From the NCBI GenBank assembly GCA_910584935.1, contig CAJUDU010000003.1:7617-71616 (forward strand): a stretch of DNA of 64,000 bases. Direction: 5' to 3'. Positions 49,307-58,641 of the stretch are shown here, in pieces (position 1 is the stretch's first letter; the number at the start of each line of letters is the position of its first letter). Source of the DNA: an uncultured Butyricicoccus sp. GTDB taxonomy: Bacteria; Bacillota; Clostridia; Oscillospirales; Butyricicoccaceae. The translations under genes were made by a program, and so were the position numbers. Below the pieces are notes generated by a model. That model was not told where the DNA came from. It made no database searches and worked only from the letters and a program-made list of their open reading frames with translations.

Positions 49307-51907
49307 TCAAACCAATTTTTTTAGTTCAAACAGCGCATTCATCGCTTCGATTGGCGTCATAGTTTCTATCTGCATCCCGCGCAGGCGCTGGGTGACAGCA
49401 TTTTCATTGAGGTCAGACATGGTGATTTGCGGTTCTTCTTCCGCTTCGGCAACTTCACGCATATGGATTTTAGGCGCGTGATGTTCCAAATCAGCGAGGA
49501 TTTCTTTTGCACGCTGGATAACAGGGTTTGGAATCCCCGCCAGCTTTGCCACTTCGATACCATAACTGTCATCCGCGCCGCCGCGTACAATCTTTCGCAA
49601 GAATGTAATCTCATCCCCGCGCTTTTTGACGGCAATGTTATAATTTTTAATACCTTCAACAAGGTTCTCCAAGGCGGTTAACTCATGGTAATGGGTTGCA
49701 AACAAAGCGCGTGCGCCCAATTTCCGTTTATTCGCCACAAATTCAATCACTGCGCGTGCAATCGACATCCCATCATAAGTAGAAGTGCCGCGTCCAATTT
49801 CATCTAGTACAAGCAAGCTGTTCCGGGTTGCATACCGGAGGATATCTGCAACTTCATTCATTTCTACCATAAAGGTAGACTGTCCGCTGGTGAGGTCATC
49901 TGATGCGCCAACCCGTGTAAAAACGCGGTCTGCGATACCGATATGGGCGGAGGATGCCGGAACGAAGGAACCCATTTGCGCCATAATGGTAATCAGTGCT
50001 ACTTGGCGCATATATGTAGACTTCCCTGCCATATTGGGACCAGTAATAATGGCAACACGGTTATCTTTATTATCAATTGAAGTATCATTTGGCACGAAAA
50101 AGCTGCCTTCAAGCACCTTTTCCACCACAGGGTGCCGTCCGCCCTTGATTTCCACGCATCCGGAAAAATCGACATCCGGGCATACGTAATTGTTTTCGCA
50201 GGCAACCTGCGCAAGCGAGCACAGTACATCCAAATGGGCAAGGGCTTGCGCTGTCCGCTGGATGCGGTGTACTTGAGCCGCAATTTTTTCGCGAACCTGG
50301 CAAAACAGGTCATATTCCAAAGCAATTAGGCGTTCCTGGGCACCAAGTACGGTGTTTTCCAAATCCTTGAGTTCCTGCATGATATATCGTTCACAGTTTG
50401 CCAATGTCTGTTTGCGGATATAGGTTTCCGGCACCAGTCCAATGTTGCTTTTCGAAACCTCAATATAATACCCAAATACCCGGTTATAACCGATTTTTAA
50501 ATTTTTAATGCCTGTACGTTCACGCTCACGCTGTTCAATAGCAGCGATTTCCCCTTTCCCGCCGCTGGCAAGATCGCGCAAATGGTCAACATCTTTACTG
50601 AACCCATCGCGGATAAAACCACCTTCTCGTACATTTGGCGGCGGGTCTGGTTGGATAGCGGTTTCAATCAGCAAGGCAACATCAGTAAGTGTATCAATAC
50701 GGTTGTGCAGTTCCTGTAAAAGTGGAGGTGTAAACGGTTCTGTATGCTGATAAAGCGCAGGCAAATGCACCATTGCTGATTGCAAAGAACACAGATCCCG
50801 GCAGTTGGCAGAACCATAAACCACACGCCCAATCAGACGCTCCATATCAAAAACTTGTTTCAGTTCTTCCATAATCGCATCTCGGTTGATTACATCGTTT
50901 GCCAAAGCACGGACAGCATCCTGTCGCTTGCGAATATGGATTGGATTTAATAATGGGCGTTCTAGCCATTGCCGGATGAGGCGTGATCCCATTGCGGTTT
51001 TGGTTTTATCAATTACCCACAACAAAGAACCACGTTTCTCTTTGCCACGCATGGTTTCACAAAGTTCAAGATTACGGCGAGCAGTCAGGTCAAGTTCCAT
51101 ATACTGCCCTTGCTGATATACATTTAGCGTATTGAGACTGCCAAGGCTGGCTTTTTGTGTATCTTCCAAATAAGCAAGCAACCCGCCAAGTGCGCAAAGC
51201 GTTGCAGGGAGTTCTTCCAAACCGATAGGTTCTAAGGTTTCAAGCTGAAATTGCCGGCAAATGCGTTCCCGTGCTCTATCTGTATCAAACAGCGGATCAG
51301 GCAGTGATGAATAAATGCTTTCCAGTCGTTTGGATATAAAATCCAATAAAGATTCCTCAGCTGTACAGGTGCCGCCTAATAATACTTCACGTGGCAGAAA
51401 GCGCCCAAATTCGCTGAATAATTCTTGATACGCATCATCCATGCGGACTTCAGTTGCAAAAACTTCACCGGTTGAGATATCACAGAAACAAACACCGCAG
51501 CGCGCTGCACCGCCAAAAATACAACCTAGGAAATTATTCCGGTTCTCATCCAACATAGATGCTTCGATCAAGGTGCCAGGTGTAATCATGCGTACAATTT
51601 CGCGCTTTACAAGTCCCTTGCTTGACTTTGGATCTTCGACTTGCTCACAAATTGCAACTTTATACCCTTTACGCACCAGTTTGCCAACATAAGTTTCATA
51701 AGAATGATAGGGCACGCCGCACATTGGCGCACGTTCCGCTTGCCCGCAGTCGCGCCCGGTCAGGGTCAGTTCCAATTCCCGGGATGCAATCTTTGCATCC
51801 TCAAAAAACATTTCATAAAAATCGCCCAGACGGTAAAAGACAATATATTCGCGGCACTTGTTTTTAATCTCAAAGTATTGTTTCATCATGGGCGTAAGTT
51901 CTGCCAT
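49307..51907 (-). CDS. mutS: DNA mismatch repair protein MutS
   Basis: TPMMKQY, GDFYEMF, TGPNMAGKST, DEIGRGTST. Confidence 0.97.
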   Translation of the reverse strand: MAELTPMMKQYFEIKNKCREYIVFYRLGDFYEMFFEDAKIASRELELTLTGRDCGQAERAPMCGVPYHSYETYVGKLVRKGYKVAICEQVEDPKSSKGLVKREIVRMITPGTLIEASMLDENRNNFLGCIFGGAARCGVCFCDISTGEVFATEVRMDDAYQELFSEFGRFLPREVLLGGTCTAEESLLDFISKRLESIYSSLPDPLFDTDRARERICRQFQLETLEPIGLEELPATLCALGGLLAYLEDTQKASLGSLNTLNVYQQGQYMELDLTARRNLELCETMRGKEKRGSLLWVIDKTKTAMGSRLIRQWLERPLLNPIHIRKRQDAVRALANDVINRDAIMEELKQVFDMERLIGRVVYGSANCRDLCSLQSAMVHLPALYQHTEPFTPPLLQELHNRIDTLTDVALLIETAIQPDPPPNVREGGFIRDGFSKDVDHLRDLASGGKGEIAAIEQRERERTGIKNLKIGYNRVFGYYIEVSKSNIGLVPETYIRKQTLANCERYIMQELKDLENTVLGAQERLIALEYDLFCQVREKIAAQVHRIQRTAQALAHLDVLCSLAQVACENNYVCPDVDFSGCVEIKGGRHPVVEKVLEGSFFVPNDTSIDNKDNRVAIITGPNMAGKSTYMRQVALITIMAQMGSFVPASSAHIGIADRVFTRVGASDDLTSGQSTFMVEMNEVADILRYATRNSLLVLDEIGRGTSTYDGMSIARAVIEFVANKRKLGARALFATHYHELTALENLVEGIKNYNIAVKKRGDEITFLRKIVRGGADDSYGIEVAKLAGIPNPVIQRAKEILADLEHHAPKIHMREVAEAEEEPQITMSDLNENAVTQRLRGMQIETMTPIEAMNALFELKKLV

Positions 51908-51936
51908 GGTATGCCTCCAAATGCAAAATTCTATCT

Positions 51937-53370
51937 TTATCGTTCCACACGCGCAAATAAACAGCGCAAGGTTGCTTTTTCAACGTTTACCCCAGCAAAT
52001 ATGCCAGGCTCCAACCCCTCCCCTGCACAGCAAATAAGCAAGCCGCCTTCTGTCCGTGCCAGGAATGGGTAATCTGTGTCTTTGCTTTCCCCTTCTATCA
52101 GGACACGCAAGCACCGCCCAACGTAAGCTTGCTGCCGGGGCAATACGCATATATCCTGTGCTTTCAGTAGCCGTTCAAAACGGTTTTGCTTTTCTTCTTT
52201 TGAAGCGGTATCTTCATAAGAGGCAGCCGGTGTGCCACTGCGGCGAGAAAACAAGAATGTAAACAACGCGTCAAACCCAACATCCTGCACAAGTGCAAGG
52301 GTCTGCTGGAAATCTGCCTCAGTTTCTCCGGGGAACCCAACAATAATATCACTGGAAAGGGTAATCCCGGGCATTTTTTCGCGCGCATAGGCAATTAGGC
52401 TGCGATATTTTTCTGCTGTATAACCACGGTTCATCCGTTTTAAAATTTCATCCGAACCAGATTGAAATGGCAAATGCAGCTGTTTTGCGACTTTGTCACA
52501 TGTTGCCATGGTATCAAGCAGTTTATGGGATGCGTCTTTCGGATGACTTGTCATAAAGCGGATTAGAAAATCCCCTTCTATTCGGTTCAGCCGGGCAAGC
52601 AAATCAGAAAAATCAATTTGGATATCCAAATCTTTACCATAAGAATTTACGTTCTGCCCTAAAAGAGTAATATCTTTATATCCCTGAGCAATAAGTGTAC
52701 GGAATTCCTTTTCGATATCCTTTGGGCAGCGGCTTCGTTCCCGTCCGCGTACATAGGGCACAATACAGTACGTACAAAAATTATTGCATCCATACATAAT
52801 AGACAGCCATGCTTTTGGACCTTGTCCACGCAGTACAGGAAGCCCTTCCGCGATGGTACCACGTACATCACCTGAAATATCAAAAACACGCTTTTCTCCA
52901 GAGAGTCTGCGGTAAAGCAGCTCTGGCAGACGCCAAAGCGCATGGGTACCAAATAAGAGGTTTACTTGCGGATAACTTTTCCGAATTTTATCTGGCATAT
53001 GCTCCTGCTGTACCATGCAGCCACATAACCCAATGGTGATATCAGGGCGCTGTTTTTTCAAATGGGATAATGCGCCGATATTGCCCAACGCACGCGATTC
53101 CGCGTGTTCCCGGACAGCACAAGTATTATAAATCAGCACATCAGCCTGTTCAGGGCTTTCAGCTTTCCCATAACCCATATCGTGCAGCATACCCGCAATG
53201 CGTTCGCTGTCGGCTTCATTTTGCTGACAGCCAAATGTTTGAATATAAGCGAGTGGTTTTTGCCCAGTCCGCAGTTCAGCATCACGGCTGTATGCCGCAA
53301 TGCGTTCGATATAGCCAAATTGACGGTCTATTTCCTGCTGTGGGATTGCAGTTGGCGCTTTTATTTCCAT
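51937..53370 (-). CDS. miaB: tRNA-i6A37 methylthiotransferase MiaB
   Basis: TFGCQQN, NTCAVRE, GCNNFCTYC, RFMTSHP; start at ATG 53370. Confidence 0.93.
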   Translation of the reverse strand: MEIKAPTAIPQQEIDRQFGYIERIAAYSRDAELRTGQKPLAYIQTFGCQQNEADSERIAGMLHDMGYGKAESPEQADVLIYNTCAVREHAESRALGNIGALSHLKKQRPDITIGLCGCMVQQEHMPDKIRKSYPQVNLLFGTHALWRLPELLYRRLSGEKRVFDISGDVRGTIAEGLPVLRGQGPKAWLSIMYGCNNFCTYCIVPYVRGRERSRCPKDIEKEFRTLIAQGYKDITLLGQNVNSYGKDLDIQIDFSDLLARLNRIEGDFLIRFMTSHPKDASHKLLDTMATCDKVAKQLHLPFQSGSDEILKRMNRGYTAEKYRSLIAYAREKMPGITLSSDIIVGFPGETEADFQQTLALVQDVGFDALFTFLFSRRSGTPAASYEDTASKEEKQNRFERLLKAQDICVLPRQQAYVGRCLRVLIEGESKDTDYPFLARTEGGLLICCAGEGLEPGIFAGVNVEKATLRCLFARVER

Positions 53371-53383
53371 GAAAACCTCCGTA

Positions 53384-54055
53384 TTATCGGAATGGAAGCC
53401 CTTGCGCAGTATAAACGCATAAACGGTGATAGGCTTCATCTGAAATTGGATACTGTGGCAGGTACTGCCGCACTGCTTTGGTTAAATATTCCGGGCTCAT
53501 GGTTTGGCTACCTGCACCAGTTTGCACTTCGCATACAGCAATATGCCCAAAAAGGGATAATTCAGGCTGACCATTCATAAACTCACGCATATTCACCAGT
53601 TTTTCCCCGCGTTTTGAGCGTTTCAGGACTTCCACACGCTCCTGTCCAAACAGAGCATAAACTGCTTTTGGAAATTCTGCTGGCACAGGGCTGTCAAATC
53701 CCCAGGTAATACGGTATTTGCTCCAGGTAATATCTGCGATTTTCATCCCGCCATTAGATAGTGGATAAATTTCAATAGCACGCAAACCTTTCGGGAATAC
53801 TGCATTTAATTGGTGTACGGCGTTTTCTGGCACAGTTTTAGTCAGCAGGTTAAAATCTAAAAATTCGCACTCACCAGAATACCCAGTAGAAAGCGGTAAT
53901 GCCACAGATACATAAGCATGCTGATTAAACCCTTCCGTGAACCAAAGCGGCATTTTACAGCGCGCCATAGCACGCTGCATGGTGTGCATCAGGTCAAGAT
54001 GGGAAATGTATTTTGCGCGCCCTTCCTTCGCAAATTTCATGCGGGCTTTAAACAC
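53384..54055 (-). CDS. TIGR03936/DUF2344 radical SAM-associated protein
   Basis: KYISHLDLM...RA, FTEGFN; GTG start overlaps the upstream radical SAM stop. Confidence 0.88.
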   Translation of the reverse strand: MFKARMKFAKEGRAKYISHLDLMHTMQRAMARCKMPLWFTEGFNQHAYVSVALPLSTGYSGECEFLDFNLLTKTVPENAVHQLNAVFPKGLRAIEIYPLSNGGMKIADITWSKYRITWGFDSPVPAEFPKAVYALFGQERVEVLKRSKRGEKLVNMREFMNGQPELSLFGHIAVCEVQTGAGSQTMSPEYLTKAVRQYLPQYPISDEAYHRLCVYTAQGLPFR

Positions 54056-55886
54056 AGCACGTCCCCCCTTCCAGTAAGGCATTGCAGCCACATCCAGCAC
54101 ATTGCCGCATACAATCTGGCGTAATTTCAGCATGGCGTGAACGTTGCCATTCCCGTGCCAAATACGCTTTGCTTGTGCCGCAGCCGATATGGTCCCAAGG
54201 GAAAATCTCATCCAGCGGACGCGGACGCGCCGCATAAAACATAGGGTCTAAGCCACAATCAGCAAACGCCTGCATCCATGTATCAAACTGGAAGTGCTGT
54301 TCCCAACCATCAAATTTACAGCCGCGCTGCCATGCCAGTAAGATTGCCCTGCCTTGCCTGCGGTCACCACGGGCAATAATACCTTCCAGCACAGAGGTCT
54401 GTGCATCATGCCAATTATATGTGACATTTTTGGTTTTCATAATGCGTTTCATATAATCCTGCTTGCCTTGCAAAACAGGTAATGTATCCTGTGCATCCCA
54501 TTGGAATGGCGTTTGCGGCTTGGGGACAAAACAAGAAGCAGATGCTGTAATTTTTACACCGCGTGCACGGTTATTGGTATTCATGCGCCAACAATATGCA
54601 ACTTTTTTGCAAATTTCCGCGATACCATCCAAATCTTCTGAAGTTTCTGTTGGCAAGCCAATCATAAAATAGAGTTTTACATGGTTCCAGCCGCCGCGGA
54701 ATGCAATTTCACAAGCATTCAGAACATCTTCTTCGGTAATGTTTTTATTGATGACGTTCCGTAAACGTTGTGTTCCTGCTTCACAAGCAAAAGTCAATCC
54801 GCTTTTACGTACTTTCTGAACGCGTTCCATTAGTTCTGCGGAAAAACTGTCGGCACGCAGCGATGGCAAAGAAAGACTGATATGACATGGTTCACAATAG
54901 TTCAGCATTCTTTCTGTCAAATCAGAAAGTTCACTGTAATCGCTGGTTGACAAAGAAGAAAGTGAAATTTCCTCATAACCTGAATTTTCTAAGATTTTTT
55001 TGGCCTGCTGCATAACTGTTTCCGCAGATTTTTTTCGCAATGGGCGGTAAGTATGCCCTGCCTGGCAAAATCTGCATCCCCGCGGACAGCCGCGGAATAA
55101 TTCAACCATAGCGCGGTCAAAAACAATATCTGTAGATGGTACCACAAAATAATCAGGATAGTACATGGTGTTTAAGTCTTTGACAATCCGCTTTTGCACA
55201 AAGGCTGGTGCACCGTCACACGATTCTACTTTGCAAATGGTGCCATCTTCGTGATAAGAAACTTCATAAAGCGCAGGCACATATATACCTGTAATTTGCG
55301 CAGCTTCAACTAAAAATTCATGTTTGGATAAACTGCGCTTTACTGCGGAACGGTAAAGATTGGTAAGTTCCAACATGATTTCTTCTCCATCGCCGATCAT
55401 GAACAAATCAATAAAGCCACAAAGCGGTTCTGGGTTGTAGGCGCATGGCCCGCCAGCAACAACAAGGTTTTTCAGCTCCTTGCGTTCGCTGGACAGTACA
55501 GGTACACCGCCTAAATCCAGCATATTGAGGATGTTGGAAAATGATAATTCATATTGCAGGGTAAAGCCAATTATATCAAATGCAGAAAGTGGATCTCCGC
55601 TTTCCAAACCATATAGCGGAATGCCTGCATCTCGCATTTGCTGTTCCATGTCAACCCATGGGGCACAGACCCGCTCGCACCAGATGCCATCTTGGTCATT
55701 CAGCAGCCCATATAGAATACGCGAACCCAAATGACTCATTCCGACTTCGTATACATCTGGAAAGCAAAATGCAAATCGTAAATCAACGTCTTTTTTATTT
55801 TTCGTAACCGAGCCCCATTCGCCGCCCGCATAACGCGCCGGTTTTTGGACTTTGGATAAAATTCGTTCCAACTTGGAATCGAGCAT
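54048..55886 (-). CDS. TIGR03960-type B12-binding radical SAM protein
   Basis: VQKPARY.GGE, FPDVYEVGMSHLG, RGCPRGCRFCQAG, KLYFMIGLPTE. Confidence 0.9.
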   Translation of the reverse strand: MLDSKLERILSKVQKPARYAGGEWGSVTKNKKDVDLRFAFCFPDVYEVGMSHLGSRILYGLLNDQDGIWCERVCAPWVDMEQQMRDAGIPLYGLESGDPLSAFDIIGFTLQYELSFSNILNMLDLGGVPVLSSERKELKNLVVAGGPCAYNPEPLCGFIDLFMIGDGEEIMLELTNLYRSAVKRSLSKHEFLVEAAQITGIYVPALYEVSYHEDGTICKVESCDGAPAFVQKRIVKDLNTMYYPDYFVVPSTDIVFDRAMVELFRGCPRGCRFCQAGHTYRPLRKKSAETVMQQAKKILENSGYEEISLSSLSTSDYSELSDLTERMLNYCEPCHISLSLPSLRADSFSAELMERVQKVRKSGLTFACEAGTQRLRNVINKNITEEDVLNACEIAFRGGWNHVKLYFMIGLPTETSEDLDGIAEICKKVAYCWRMNTNNRARGVKITASASCFVPKPQTPFQWDAQDTLPVLQGKQDYMKRIMKTKNVTYNWHDAQTSVLEGIIARGDRRQGRAILLAWQRGCKFDGWEQHFQFDTWMQAFADCGLDPMFYAARPRPLDEIFPWDHIGCGTSKAYLAREWQRSRHAEITPDCMRQCAGCGCNALLEGGTCCV

Positions 55887-56008
55887 ATTTTTCCTCCTGC
55901 CAGTATGGCTTATGTGCCGTTATAACCCATAGTCGCATTATACCACAGTTTGTATGGGTTTGGCACAAATTTTTTCATTCTGTTAGCAGCAAAAACTGCT
56001 TGATAAAG

Positions 56009-56034
56009 AAAAACCACCCCGTTTGAGGTGGTTT
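56009..56034 (-). terminator. Terminator after tRNA-Val
   Basis: AAACCACC...GGTGGTTT with a U-tract on the minus strand. Confidence 0.65.
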
Positions 56035-56037
56035 GCA

Positions 56038-56113
56038 TGGTGGACACTGGGGGGCTCGAACCCTCGACCTTCCGCACGTCAAGCGGATGCTCTTCCAGCT
56101 GAGCTAAGTGTCC
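56038..56113 (-). tRNA. tRNA-Val(GAC)
   Basis: 76-nt cloverleaf GGACACT...AGTGTCC-A-CCA, anticodon arm TCCGC-TT-GAC-GT-GCGGA, T-loop GGTTCGA, encoded CCA. Confidence 0.97.
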
Positions 56114-56153
56114 GGAAATAAGCAGGAAACAGGCGTTTCCCGCTTTATTGACT

Positions 56154-56558
56154 TTATTCTCCTTCAGATTCCCCTTGAAGTTCGGTTAAATCGAACTCCA
56201 GCTCCTCCCCACAGGCAGAACAGGAAATAGATCCTGCTTCCAGCATTTCATTATCTAGATAAATAAGTTCCCCGCAATTCGGGCAGATGACCTGATAAAG
56301 CGGTTCTTCTTCATTATCAGATGAAAAGCCGCTGTCTTTATCAAGGAAATCCTCTGTAATTGCGGACATTTCCTCATAAATATCATCAAGTTCGTCAAGC
56401 AGGCATTTGTTTTGCTCCTGTAAATCTGTAATGCCCTGTGCCATTTCTTCCATGCACGACAGCATCCCTTGGAACAACTTGCCCTCATTTGTTTCAGCAT
56501 CCATCCCCAAGCCCTCAAACAGCCCGCGGAGATAGGCGGCACGCTCTAACACAGTCAT
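56154..56558 (-). CDS. CD1247-like acidic zinc-ribbon protein
   Basis: AYLRGL.EG, CPNC...CSAC; usual neighbour downstream of efp. Confidence 0.8.
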   Translation of the reverse strand: MTVLERAAYLRGLFEGLGMDAETNEGKLFQGMLSCMEEMAQGITDLQEQNKCLLDELDDIYEEMSAITEDFLDKDSGFSSDNEEEPLYQVICPNCGELIYLDNEMLEAGSISCSACGEELEFDLTELQGESEGE

Positions 56559-56588
56559 CAGCACAACCTCCCTGACTCAATGAACGCA

Positions 56589-57152
56589 TTAACCTTTACT
56601 GCGTTCCAAATATTCACCAGTACGGGTATCAATTTTAATTTTATCGCCCTGTTCAATAAACAGTGGAACCTGTACACTTGCGCCAGTTTCCACCGTAGCA
56701 GGCTTTAATGTATTGGTCGCGGTGTTCCCCTTAAAGCCAGGGTCGGTTTCAGTGATAACCAGCTCTACGAAAAACGGTGGTTCCACAGCAAATACGCTGC
56801 CCTTATAGGAAAGTACCTTGACATTCATATTTTCGGTTACAAAACGGAAATCATCGCCAAGTGTAGACTTGTTGATTGGCAGCTGCTCATAGGTTTCAGT
56901 ATCCATAAAGTAATACAGATCACCATCGGAATAGAGATACTGCATTTCTTTGCGCTCAACATAAGCAGGTTCATATTTATCCGTCGGGTTGAAGCTGCGT
57001 TCGGTCACAGCGCCAGTGATAACATTTTTCATTTTTACGCGGACAAAAGCAGCGCCTTTGCCTGGCTTTACGTGCTGGAACTCAACAACCTGAAGCACTT
57101 GCCCATCCATTTCAAAAGTTACGCCGTTTCTAAATTCACCAGCGGAAATCAT
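56589..57152 (-). CDS. efp: Elongation factor P
   Basis: [25 protein letters not shown]. Confidence 0.97.
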   Translation of the reverse strand: MISAGEFRNGVTFEMDGQVLQVVEFQHVKPGKGAAFVRVKMKNVITGAVTERSFNPTDKYEPAYVERKEMQYLYSDGDLYYFMDTETYEQLPINKSTLGDDFRFVTENMNVKVLSYKGSVFAVEPPFFVELVITETDPGFKGNTATNTLKPATVETGASVQVPLFIEQGDKIKIDTRTGEYLERSKG

Positions 57153-57494
57153 AAATCTAAATCCTCCAAAAATGCACCTGTCATTCAGATGCCGTTCATT
57201 TCTTATGTGCTGAATGCTTTTTTATTCTACCCCATTTGGCGCTGTTTTGCAAGCCTTTTTTCGGGCAATTCTCAAAAAAATTTGCATCATGATTTATAAC
57301 ACTGGCTTTTCTGCCCTTTACAAAGCTGTAAAAACAGGCTATCCTGAATAACAGGGCAATTTCATAAACCCAGGGCGCTTGGAAGCCCTATTCTTTGAGG
57401 AGGCTATTTAAATGGACAGCTTGTCTTGCGTGCAACCTCGTTAGAATATTTGGAATCGACTGCCGACAAAAGCGGCAGTTAAGGAGGAAAGGCT

Positions 57495-58283
57495 ATGCAA
57501 TTTCATGGAGAAATTTTTTCTGCAACACTGGAAATGGCAACTGGGCTGACCATTGCGGGTCCGGACCATTTTTCTGATGTACCATATCAGGTTTGTTATT
57601 TACTGCATGGGCTTTGCGGAAACGATAAATGCTGGGAAAGGTACACCCGGCTCCCTGTTTATGCAGAAGAACACAATATCTTATTTGTGATGCCGGATGC
57701 CGCACGTAGTTTTTATACAGATATGCGGTATGGTGGGCAGTATTTGCAATATATCAGTGAGGAATTGCCTGAAATCTGTAAAAATCTGTTCCATATTTCA
57801 TCTAAACGTGAAGATACATTTGCCATTGGCTGTTCGATGGGAGGCTATGGCGCAATAAAAGCAGCATTTGGGCATCCTGAACGGTTTGGCGCTTGCGCAG
57901 CGTTATCTCCTTGCTGCCTAATGATTGGCGAAGAAATGGATGAACTGCGTTGCCTGCCACAGGAACAAGCTATCAAGCGCTATGGCACACAGTTAATGCG
58001 CGATTTTACTGCTATTTTCGGGTCAGAACTCGCGCTTTGCCCACAAGATAACCCAATCCGCTTGGCAGAACAGATTGCTATAAAACAGAATTGCCCTAAA
58101 TTCTATCTGGCTTGCGGCAAGCAGGATAGTTATTTACAGGATTGCCGCCGTTATCATGCTATTTTGGATTCTTTAAATATTCAGCATACATATCAGGAGT
58201 TCAATGGTGCACATGACTGGTATTGTTTTGATGAGACTTTATGCCACGCGCTAAAATGGCTTACAGCTTCACAACCTGAATAA
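57495..58283 (+). CDS. Alpha/beta-hydrolase esterase (tributyrin esterase/FrmB-like)
   Basis: YLLHGL, SFYTD, GCSMGGYG nucleophile elbow, GAHDW. Confidence 0.9.
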   Translation: MQFHGEIFSATLEMATGLTIAGPDHFSDVPYQVCYLLHGLCGNDKCWERYTRLPVYAEEHNILFVMPDAARSFYTDMRYGGQYLQYISEELPEICKNLFHISSKREDTFAIGCSMGGYGAIKAAFGHPERFGACAALSPCCLMIGEEMDELRCLPQEQAIKRYGTQLMRDFTAIFGSELALCPQDNPIRLAEQIAIKQNCPKFYLACGKQDSYLQDCRRYHAILDSLNIQHTYQEFNGAHDWYCFDETLCHALKWLTASQPE

Positions 58284-58320
58284 AAAAATGCCAATCCCCA
58301 ATTCTGGAGATTGGCATTTT
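58282..58320. terminator. Bidirectional terminator
   Basis: AAAATGCCAATC...GATTGGCATTTT between convergent genes. Confidence 0.75.
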
Positions 58321-58373
58321 CAGGTTTATGCAGGGGAAAAGGGGGTATCCCCTCTCCCCTGCCCTGCTGGAGC

Positions 58374-58550
58374 TTAGTGGCAGCAGTTGCAACCACAGCC
58401 GCAGCCACAGCCACCACAGCAATCATCGTTGCCGCCACAGCCGCAGCCATTATTGTTATTGCCGCAGCAACACCAGATCAGAATGATTGCAAAGATGATG
58501 ATAATCCACCAGTAGCTGTTTTCGCCCCAAGAATTGCAAGAAGTATACAT
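58374..58550 (-). CDS. 58-aa Cys/Gly-rich single-TM microprotein (not in the ORF track)
   Basis: MYTSCNSWGENSYWWIIIIFAIILIWCCCGNNNNGCGCGGNDDCCGGCGCGCGCNCCH; AGGAGG RBS 9 nt upstream; hairpins downstream. Confidence 0.85.
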   Translation of the reverse strand: MYTSCNSWGENSYWWIIIIFAIILIWCCCGNNNNGCGCGGNDDCCGGCGCGCGCNCCH

Positions 58551-58584
58551 AACTTAATTCCTCCTAATCAGTGATTTCATTACC

Positions 58585-58613
58585 ATACTATGGCAGGAGG
58601 ACGGTGTTGGTGC
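58585..58613 (-). promoter_or_regulatory. Sigma-K-like promoter of the Cys-rich microprotein
   Basis: GCACC-16 nt-CATAGTAT on the minus strand. Confidence 0.5.
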
Positions 58614-58641
58614 GTGGGGCGGTAAATTTTTTTGGAAAGCT

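Noticed and set aside
55890..56150. tRNA-Val as an integration site for an island
   Set aside because: There is no integrase, I saw no duplicated tRNA 3' end, and core genes flank both sides.
58380..58470. Short tandem repeats as a CRISPR array or VNTR
   Set aside because: They are 6-bp codon repeats (Gly-Cys), with no repeat-spacer structure and no cas genes.
58193..58574. Ala/Thr-rich ORFs 58193-58450 (-) and 58311-58574 (+)
   Set aside because: They are alternative-frame shadows of the GGCTGY repeats encoding the Cys-rich microprotein, which has the RBS.
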